Shown: in pieces, positions 20,317-28,700 of the stretch | How positions within the stretch are numbered: position 1 is the first letter of the stretch | Layout of the letters: each line of letters begins with the position of its first letter | Position numbers and translations under genes: made by a program | Notes under the pieces: generated by a model | Databases searched by the model: none | What the model was told of the DNA's origin: nothing | Seen by the model: only the letters and a program-made list of their open reading frames with translations | IMG/VR virus record: IMGVR_UViG_3300020421_000004 | Length of the DNA: 64,000 bases | Source of the DNA: an uncultured virus (IMG/VR IMGVR_UViG_3300020421_000004) | Taxonomy: Duplodnaviria; Heunggongvirae; Uroviricota; Caudoviricetes | Strand: one strand, 5' to 3'

Positions 20317-20634
20317 TCAGTCACCGCCCCAGAAGGGGCCTTTGGTAACCGAACATGCTGCAGGAGAGTCCTCAGTAACCGTGATATAGAGATCGTAGTG
20401 TAACGCACCACGACCCCCGCACCAGGCGTCGGCTTTCCATGCTAACTCATCTGCGACAGACTCAGCATCCTCCTTCGTCCCGCAAATAACGGAACAGAAG
20501 GTAACGACTGCGTCGCTTTCTTCAAAGAAGAGGCCACCAGCGGCAGCCACCTCCTTAGGGCAGAAATAAGAGTCCGGCCCGTAGCAGATTAGTTCAATTT
20601 TATAGTTTAGTTTTTTTTCAGTCATATCTGTCAA
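20317..20634 (-). CDS. hypothetical protein flanked by 16-bp direct repeats
   Basis: ORF; TGCGCCCCGTAGGACG at 20283 and 20651. Confidence 0.65.
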   Translation of the reverse strand: MTDMTEKKLNYKIELICYGPDSYFCPKEVAAAGGLFFEESDAVVTFCSVICGTKEDAESVADELAWKADAWCGGRGALHYDLYITVTEDSPAACSVTKGPFWGGD

Positions 20635-20674
20635 CTACCTATATAATAAGTGCGCCCCGTAGGACGGCTTATAT

Positions 20675-20884
20675 TTATTCTTCACTCCACTGTTCTGCGA
20701 GTGCTTTGACTTGTTTCCAAGTTGTTTTCGCTGTGCCAAGTGGCTCCATCGAACTAAGTATAACATCGTCGTCGTCCAGTATGTCTTCTACTGCTTTACG
20801 CCAACGAATATTTTTCTCAGCAATCTTTAATAATTTGATTATCTTTGCTTGTTCATCTGTTTGTGTCATCATTTCTTCTGTCAT
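20675..20884 (-). CDS. hypothetical protein
   Basis: ORF after ATCA|G. Confidence 0.65.
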   Translation of the reverse strand: MTEEMMTQTDEQAKIIKLLKIAEKNIRWRKAVEDILDDDDVILSSMEPLGTAKTTWKQVKALAEQWSEE

Positions 20885-21470
20885 GTGTATCTGATAAAAA
20901 AAAAGACGCCACAGTTGTTACACCGTGACGCCTTTCCTTTTGTTTCTTCCCAACTTGAAATTAATCAAGCCCTTCCATGAGCAGTAGATTCAACTTGCAT
21001 TGCTGAATTTCCCACTCGCCTAAGATGTAGATGTGTAATTCCTATCCGGAGCAGGGGGCCGATCTTATGCGGCTGGTCCCAACATCTGTCATGTTATGGT
21101 ATCGTCAGTCTTACAGAGACAAAATCTGTAAGTCCTATTCGGTCATAGAGAAACCGCCGGGGTAGGTGTTGTGCACCTCCATAGCAGTTTTTGTTTATCC
21201 TCTCTCAAAATGATACTATAACAATAGCATCTAATATCTATCTGATACATAGCAGTCTGAACCTTGCTATGAAAATTATATTTTCCCATGGCCTCTCGGC
21301 TCCTGTATCATGGGAGGCATATTAGTTAGTCTATCGGACATTTGCCTTTTTTTGATTTCGTTTATCATTACCACCCTGGCAACCCAAGACACCTTAGAGC
21401 ACACTTTCAAAATGCTCTAAGGTGATTCAGACTTGGTTACTGTTGGTATGTGGTTTGTACCCGTAGGTTC

Positions 21471-21595
21471 TAATAGGATTGGTAGTCCCATCTCAATGAA
21501 TCCTTCGCTGAATAAATTCAGTTCGAGACTCAAAGCGTTTATCCGGAAAGATATCCGGATAAATCGTCTTCCCAATAAAGGAAAGATAATCTATC
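21471..21595 (-). ncRNA. duplicated ~125-nt structured RNA, copy 2
   Basis: Near-identical to 17412-17540; bounded by AACA|G and AUUA|G. Confidence 0.65.
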
Positions 21596-21664
21596 TGTTG
21601 ACACGTTTATGGCTTAGGTGTGTGAAGCCTATTGGGTTTCTTACCGCGCCCAAGCGTGAGACCC

Positions 21665-21943
21665 TCAAAAGAGATAGTCGTCGCCGAAGTCATCTTTATG
21701 TCTCTTCCAAGATTTCTGCTCTGACACATACTTTCTTTTCTGATTCAGTAAAAACTTATCTTTGTTCGATAATCCCTTTCTTGGGTTTGCCTTCAGCCAC
21801 CTTGCGGCAGCCTCTTCGTCGGCCCATCTCTCTCCGTGAATGAAGGATGCCTTAATTAAAAGGCGCTCCTGTTCCACGGTCAAATCTGACCGAGCATGCA
21901 ATCTCGTGTAGTCTTCCAATGTAATACTATTAATATCAAACAT
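21665..21943 (-). CDS. hypothetical protein
   Basis: TAATAG-GAGA leader. Confidence 0.75.
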   Translation of the reverse strand: MFDINSITLEDYTRLHARSDLTVEQERLLIKASFIHGERWADEEAAARWLKANPRKGLSNKDKFLLNQKRKYVSEQKSWKRHKDDFGDDYLF

Positions 21944-21953
21944 CTTAATCTCC

Positions 21954-22455
21954 TATTAACCGTTGGGAGGCGGCGAACCGCCCCTCCATTGGTTTTTATT
22001 ACTCAGTTGGTTTATAGTCTGGTTTGAGTAGTCCAGACACGATGTATTCATCTCAAATGCTAAAATAAGACACTCCTCGAGGTTCCTCACAAAGTCCATC
22101 CTGCGCCTTAAAGCGGTCAGGTTGTTAATGACAATGCGTATAAGTTCACTTCCAAAAGGAAGGTACTCGAAGTTCTGTTTTTAAACTTAAATTGCTAATC
22201 GCAGTTCAACTGTACATTTCTGCACCGTCCATCCCCCCTTACGGGCTTTTGCTGCTCTTGGCCTTATTTTAACTCGAATCATACGGGATGATAGAGTTTT
22301 TGTAGTGGGTTTTGACACCCACTACGGAATCTCACGAACCGGGCCGAAGCCCGAAGTAAATGCCGCCTAAGCAGCGAACGTGAGTTGGCAGCCTGTGAGG
22401 GCTGCCGGCATCTAAAAATGCCTTTTCTGTTAAAGAGGGTGCTTTCCCTCCTTAC
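21954..22455 (-). ncRNA. putative ~500-nt structured RNA with H-type pseudoknot
   Basis: Directly downstream of promoter copy 2; GC-rich hairpins; 13-bp long-range stem; pseudoknot 22000-22038. Confidence 0.55.
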
Positions 22456-22486
22456 ATTATTATAACGTATTAACCGATACCGGTAT
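22450..22486 (-). promoter_or_regulatory. conserved promoter-like element, copy 2
   Basis: Same motif and spacing as copy 1. Confidence 0.75.
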
Positions 22487-22594
22487 GTTACAATAATCTC
22501 TTACTGGTAGCCATCTAGGAATAATCCCCTAGTGGCTCTATGTCCGCTTTAGTAGGTGCGTCGTCCTAGGCGTTTCAGGCCATATTATCGCGGC

Positions 22595-22726
22595 CTAACC
22601 TCCACAGTTTATGCAAATAGATGAACCCCACGCTAGGCTGTGTATTCGTCCTTTACAACGAATACATCTAGGCCAACCGTCATTAAGTTCATCTTCTTTG
22701 CTATTCAATTCTTTTATTGTTATCAT
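22595..22726 (-). CDS. small zinc-ribbon protein (43 aa)
   Basis: MITIKEL...CIRC...CINCGG*; GGAGGAG SD. Confidence 0.6.
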   Translation of the reverse strand: MITIKELNSKEDELNDGWPRCIRCKGRIHSLAWGSSICINCGG

Positions 22727-22788
22727 ATTTATTTCTCCTCCCTTTCGGGACTAATAACCAAAGGTGCGCCCGAAGACGTCTTTTTATT

Positions 22789-22908
22789 TCATGCTGGGGC
22801 GGTTTCCACCATGTACTCTAGAATACACTCTTCTGTGTATTCTCTAGCCCATAGTTTTCCGTCATGCTCTGCATATACAATTAATTTTGATTTCCCATCA
22901 CTGTTCAT
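22789..22908 (-). CDS. small hypothetical protein (39 aa)
   Basis: MNSDGKSK...; AGGTGA SD; first ORF after promoter copy 3. Confidence 0.55.
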   Translation of the reverse strand: MNSDGKSKLIVYAEHDGKLWAREYTEECILEYMVETAPA

Positions 22909-22941
22909 TGTTTCACCTTTTGGTTGTGTAAGGAGTTCTCT

Positions 22942-22978
22942 CCTTACATTATTATAACGTATGAACCGATACCGGTAT
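22942..22978 (-). promoter_or_regulatory. conserved promoter-like element, copy 3
   Basis: Same motif and spacing as copy 1. Confidence 0.75.
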
Positions 22979-22979
22979 C

Positions 22980-23423
22980 TTACTTTTTATTGACTAAAGG
23001 CAGATTCGTCTCTACATCGACCCATCTTTCATAGCCACGGAAATCAGCAGCGGCTTCGACGTCTCCTAAAGACCACCAAGATTCAATTTGGTTAGAGTTA
23101 ATTCTTCTTGCCTTTCTATGACGCACAAACTGCGGACGTCTTTGTAATAGGCTGGAAACACGCTTTCTAGCCATTCCACCTTTTGTATTATCTTTGAGCC
23201 AGTTTGAAATGTCAGATAGACTAACTACCTCGATGTTCTTGTGGCGGTAGTCTATCAAACACTTTTCTATGTGACTAACAATACGCTGGTATCTTTGTCC
23301 AAGTTTTGGTTGCGGTGCAAGATTGTATGATGGGTGCATATGCTTCATATGCATAGTCCAATTAGATTTGGTAGTTAGTGTTCCAATATCGCAGCAAGGG
23401 CAAGCCAGTGTTTCTTCTTCCAT
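22980..23423 (-). CDS. C2H2 zinc finger plus possible winged-helix DNA-binding protein
   Basis: CPCC...HMKHMH; helix-helix-wing-like pattern. Confidence 0.6.
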   Translation of the reverse strand: MEEETLACPCCDIGTLTTKSNWTMHMKHMHPSYNLAPQPKLGQRYQRIVSHIEKCLIDYRHKNIEVVSLSDISNWLKDNTKGGMARKRVSSLLQRRPQFVRHRKARRINSNQIESWWSLGDVEAAADFRGYERWVDVETNLPLVNKK

Positions 23424-23696
23424 TCACTTTTTCCTCTGAGCCATTCTTTTGACTGTAAAAGAATCTTTCATTCTTTTCACAGTTTCCCACAGTGCTTCTC
23501 TTGGCAAGGCTAACTTCTCTAAGTCGGCTTTATCTTTCTTACGAATACGAATAGTCGTAAAATCAGCCTCTCGTGTCGCTTCCTTTGCCACGACTTGTCG
23601 GTTATCTATAGGTTATTTAAACCATTCTCTATGGATTACTGTATGTTTTGTTGCTATAACCGTATTTTTTAAGTATCTTATCATGTCATCGTATGC

Positions 23697-24281
23697 TTGA
23701 TGAAACTGTACGAAGTCACGATGACCTTCTCTATAGAAGCCATGCATGAAGAAAGCGCCGATAATAAATTAGACTCATTTCTTTCTGCCTTAGACCAGAA
23801 AAAGAATGATAAAATAGACTTAGTAGAATTAGGAGAACTAGTTTCTGTTGATGATGAACCAAAAGACTCCAAAGAGGAAGAGCCGACTAAGAAGAAAACA
23901 CCAGATTTGGTTATGCCTGAAGAGGATGACTGGGAAGATGACTGGGAAGAACTTGATTGGGATTCACTAGACGAAGACGAACCTGAAGACGAACCTGAAG
24001 AAGAACCTGAAGAAGAACCTGAAGAAGATGACGATGATGGAGAAGCAGAAGTACCCGCACCCCCTGCGGAAGATGAGGAAGTCGCCGATGTTGAAGATAC
24101 AACTACCGATACTGACGTGGGAGACGATACCGAAGGCGACGAAGAAGAGTCTGCCGATACTGAGGTCGACGATAACCCTGAAACCGAATCGGAAGAATCA
24201 GATGACGAAGACTGGGATGAAGACTCTGATGAAGCCTACGATGACGATGAAGACTGGGATGACATACCTTGGGAGGATTGA
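23697..24281 (+). CDS. highly acidic low-complexity protein
   Basis: D/E-rich with EPEE repeats and spaced Trp. Confidence 0.8.
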   Translation: MMKLYEVTMTFSIEAMHEESADNKLDSFLSALDQKKNDKIDLVELGELVSVDDEPKDSKEEEPTKKKTPDLVMPEEDDWEDDWEELDWDSLDEDEPEDEPEEEPEEEPEEDDDDGEAEVPAPPAEDEEVADVEDTTTDTDVGDDTEGDEEESADTEVDDNPETESEESDDEDWDEDSDEAYDDDEDWDDIPWED

Positions 24282-24285
24282 TTAA

Positions 24286-24525
24286 ATGCGCTTTGAGTGG
24301 AAATATGCACCAAAGCACATCAAATTGACCCCAACTCAGGCTAAAAGAGAACTAAAAGCAATAAATGTCTCTCTAGAAGAGATACCGTTAATCAAATATT
24401 CAGATGCTGCTATCACCAACCTAGTAGAACAAGGTGAAGAGATTGAAGTTAATGACGTAATTAAGATAATAAGAAATTCTAAAGTCGGTGGCGAAGTGCC
24501 ATACTATAGAAGAGTAATATACTGA
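24286..24525 (+). CDS. rpo5: RNA polymerase subunit Rpo5 (RpoH), archaeal type
   Basis: PKH..L, PLIKYSDAAI, VIKIIRNS..GG...YYRRV; 79 aa, assembly domain only. Confidence 0.93.
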   Translation: MRFEWKYAPKHIKLTPTQAKRELKAINVSLEEIPLIKYSDAAITNLVEQGEEIEVNDVIKIIRNSKVGGEVPYYRRVIY

Positions 24526-24530
24526 TTAAT

Positions 24531-24959
24531 ATGGTAGTCTATAATTGTTATACTGATGCCTCTACTATAGAGAGTAGTATAGAGTATAGTTCAGGTCTAT
24601 CTGCTATACTAGTAAATATAACGGATAACAGGTTAATGCTGTCTATGGGTAGGACTAACGATGTTGATAATTGTACGGTTGCAGAACTGTTTGCTATAAG
24701 GCTAGGTTTGTTTCTATCTAAGTCGACTGTGAAAGAAGGAGATCTTCTTAGAATCTGTTCTGATAGTCTATCCGCAATAGAGCATCTTGAAGACGCTGTC
24801 GAAACCAATAACGAAGACGTTGGAGAGATTAAACATTTCATACAAAGAATACTAGAGACATATCCGTGTGATGTTGAATTCCAGTGGGTTAGAGGTCATT
24901 CCGATCATCCAATGAATGACATGGCTGATTACATTGCCTACCGTCATGCGCAGGGTTAG
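24531..24959 (+). CDS. rnhA: ribonuclease HI
   Basis: YTDAS, AELFAI, SDS, WVRGHS..NDMAD. Confidence 0.93.
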   Translation: MVVYNCYTDASTIESSIEYSSGLSAILVNITDNRLMLSMGRTNDVDNCTVAELFAIRLGLFLSKSTVKEGDLLRICSDSLSAIEHLEDAVETNNEDVGEIKHFIQRILETYPCDVEFQWVRGHSDHPMNDMADYIAYRHAQG

Positions 24960-24978
24960 GCTTATTGCTTAATGCACG

Positions 24979-25713
24979 TTGGCGCTTAACATGGTCGACT
25001 TTGCGAAGAGAGCAAAAGATAGGGCACGTATCAACGAAAGGAATGCTACATTAAACTCAAGTAGAGTCAATTTTAGACAGAATTATATCAGGCGCAATAA
25101 TATACATCATTTCTTGTTGGGTGGAAAAGGTGTATCATTTGGTGCGCCCTTTGACGGTGTTGGTTTACCATCACATAACGTCATAATGTGCATGGTCAAT
25201 GATGCTGGCGAACTACCAATGGCAGTAGTCAACATTGGTTACAAGCAGAATAATACATTTCCTAAGACACTAGATGTTTCTCAGTTGAATAATATTCAAA
25301 TTAGAGGTGATGAAATAGTAATTACTATGCCTAAAGACGAAGAAGGTATAGCAAACGCAACAGGAATGTACTATGGATTGGATTCTGCCTTCACACAACA
25401 CGGTAAAATATTTTCTGCAGTACCATTGAGAGTATTGGTATCTTATCATATTAGCAGCAATACCACATCAAATGCTTTCAGCGTCAAATCAAAGTATGGT
25501 AGAACTAAACTAATCAAAGAAAGTATGACGAATGAGTCAGAATTTACCAAAGAATTCAGGGTTGGCGCCAATGGTGTGGTCAATCTTGGCGAATTAACTC
25601 AAGCATTAGTCAAAATCCCAGATGTTGCGGAACTAGACCCAGAAACAGGATTGGTAATGTATCCTCAGTATCTGATTACCGATAGAGTTACTATCAAGTT
25701 AATTAGAACGTGA
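24979..25713 (+). CDS. hypothetical protein in the RNA polymerase operon
   Basis: ORF between rnhA and rpo1. Confidence 0.8.
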   Translation: MALNMVDFAKRAKDRARINERNATLNSSRVNFRQNYIRRNNIHHFLLGGKGVSFGAPFDGVGLPSHNVIMCMVNDAGELPMAVVNIGYKQNNTFPKTLDVSQLNNIQIRGDEIVITMPKDEEGIANATGMYYGLDSAFTQHGKIFSAVPLRVLVSYHISSNTTSNAFSVKSKYGRTKLIKESMTNESEFTKEFRVGANGVVNLGELTQALVKIPDVAELDPETGLVMYPQYLITDRVTIKLIRT

Positions 25714-25717
25714 GAAT

Positions 25718-28700
25718 ATGGAAGAGCCTGAAGCGGTTGGGATACGGTCTTTTATTTGGTTTATCAAACCAGAAGACATCTATTCAGAAGAAGTCGAATT
25801 ACCTTCTACCAAAGAAGAGGGTGCGACATTCGTAGGTGTAAGAGACTTCATCGATTTCGATTTAAACAACGGTAGGCTGAAACACAAATGGGTGCCTAGA
25901 TGGAAGACTGAAGCAATAAGATATCTAACGACGCACGAAGATGCAGCAGGTTTACGAGCAGCATCAGACGTCTACTACCTAGTTACAATCAAAACAGAAG
26001 AAGATATTGTTGACAAGTCTGAAACATACCCAAAAATGATTCCTGAGGGGTGTGATGGAATGATATTAGAAGTACCAATAAAGGGGAAACTAATGAAGGG
26101 TGACCCAAGTCCTGATTTACCTATTTCATTTTATACAAACTACAAAAACGACCGTATTGACCTAAAAGAAGCCGGAGAAATAGGCGGAGTCAATATGGAA
26201 ATAATGTCACCAGAAGAGATAATAAAAATGTCAGTGGTCGAAGTTATCACTGGTGAGGCACTTAGAGAAGATACGGATCAAATAACACCTGTTATTGGTG
26301 GAACAATGGATCCTAGAATGGGTTCTTTGGCTAAAGATTCTGATTGCCCAACTTGCTACTTACCATTTGACCCATCGACCAACGACTCTACCAAAAGTTG
26401 TTCGGGGCATTTTGGCCATATCTCACTACCAGAACCTATACCTAACATACTTTTTCTAGGAGAAACGAAAAGAAAAGGAGATACCTCTAAGCCTTTGCTA
26501 GACGCATTAAATAAGACCTGTCATAGTTGCAGTAGAGTTATGTTACCTAACGATTTATTAGAAAGTCTAAGACCTAGAATACTTGAGGAATTTACGCTAG
26601 GTGGTAAAAACATAGCATCGAGAAGAAGAGTTAGAGCAATAATGAGTAAATTTTTCAATAATGTTGATAAGACTGGAAGAAACTGCCCACATTGTTCTGC
26701 AATAACACCAAAAATTACTTTCTACTTTAACTCTGGAGAGTTTCAATATGATACTAAAAGAGAAGATGGTGTAGATTTACTTAGTTACAGGGCAGTTCGA
26801 GACATCTTTAGCGACATCCCTGACGGCGATTGTTATTTTCTAGGGATAAATCCTGTAACATCTAGACCTGAAAATATGTTTTTTGAAGTCTTACCAGTCA
26901 TACCAAATACATCTCGGCCAATAAAGCAAAGAAGTGACGGCAGAACAGATGTAGATGATTTAACTAAACTCTACGGTGCTGTGGTTAACGATGCCAATAA
27001 GTTGCTCACAATCAAAAACTCAGGACGAGCGGTAAGGAGTGGACGATATGCTAGGAAAATGCTTTTGTTTTCGGTATCTAGATTAATTGACAATAGTAAT
27101 CAAACAATAGGTTCTGGAGGCAGTAAGCAGACTTTTACCTACGGTGCAGGGGTTCAACTAGAATCCTTAAAGGGGGTTTTGAATAGGCTAGAAGGTAAAA
27201 AAGGTAGACTTAGGAATAATCTGCAGTCTAAATATGTAAACAACGTAGGTTACTCAGCAATAAGCCCAGATCCAAATTTAGCAATAGACGAAGTCGGTGT
27301 ACCAATGGCCATGTTATTGGGTGACGATGGCATAACGTATCCTGTAACAGTCACTAACGAAAACATAGTTCGAGTTAAACAGTATATACAAAACACCATT
27401 GATGACGTACACCCAAAAGCCAAGCGTTTGTTCAATCATATCAACGAACAAGGTGGTGATGTTTTAGAACGCAGTTCAGCAGAACATCTCACTCATGTTA
27501 TGGATGGCTTGAAACCAGGAATGGTAGTAAAAAGGGAATTGATGGATGGCGATATTTGCTTATTCAATCGAGCACCGTCTTTACATAGACAATCAATAAT
27601 GGCATTCAGAATAAGAATTGTGCCAACAAAAAGCCTTAGTATGAACCCAACAGTTTGTATTCCCTTCAACGCAGACTACGATGGAGATGCAATGAAAGCA
27701 CACTTTGTTCAATCTGAAGCAGCAAAGCAAGAAGCAATCAAATTGATGTCATTAACAAAGAACATCATTCATTCTAGGTACGGGATGCTAACAGTTGCTA
27801 CCGACCAAGACCAAACTTCTGGCTTGTATCTATTAACTTACACCGACAAAGCCAAAGCAAACACTTGGAATAGTGGCACAGGATTTGGATTCAATGCAGA
27901 AGGGCTACCGTATGTCTCTAAGCAAACTGCAATTGAATGTTATTCGACTGTATTTAGTGAAATAAGAGACGGTAAAGAAGGCAAAACTTACCGCACGATG
28001 GATTCATTACCAGAATCTGACGCCGCGACACCTGATGGACCTGGGTATACTGGCAGAGCATTATTTAATCACCTATTTACAATACTGGACGCAGAGTATG
28101 TTTCTGCTAGTTTTCCTGGTGACACACCGTTGACTGAGGTACTTGAAGACGGCTCTGTTGCTGTTAAGCGAGAAAACGGCAAAGCCATCAGAGAACAGGT
28201 AGTCATTAGGAGTGGTAAACTAGTTTCTGGTACACTTGAGAAGTCAGCATTTGGCGAAGGAGGTGCATCTATTGCTCCATCTTTCATTTACCATGAGGGC
28301 TATGAAGCAGGACAAGAGAAGTTAGTAGAATTTATAGAACTGGCTACTAGACTCGGATTTGCTGCTCACAAAGTTGTCGGCTATACAATGGGAACTGCTG
28401 ATGTTTCCGCAGTTCCGGTACAACAAGATATAGATAGGCTCTACAGTGATTGTGCAAAAAAGATACTAAAAATAGACCAAGCGTTTGCTAATGGACAACT
28501 GAAACAGTATGTTGAAAACCACACACCAGAAAAAGCAATAGAAGCATTAGCAGATCCATTGTCATACATTGAAGATCAGATACTTACATTTACAGACACC
28601 TTTGAGAAAAAGATGCTAAACAAAATAGAAGACTATCAAGGTAGCGGAAATGCCATGCAGATTGCTGTCAGGTCAAAAGCAAGAGGCAAACCGATGAATA

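Noticed and set aside
22261..22273. GTTAAAATAAGGC on the minus strand, identical to part of the SpCas9 tracrRNA
   Set aside because: Only 13 nt, explained by its own partner at 22059-22071; no nexus, Cas9 or CRISPR array
164..22755. YAG motif as a spliceosomal acceptor or an IS5-type CTAG target duplication
   Set aside because: Prokaryotic SD signals, no donor sites, no transposase, variable motif and no shared terminal repeats
23960..24030. GAAGAACCTGAA tandem repeats
   Set aside because: They simply encode the EPEE repeats of the acidic protein
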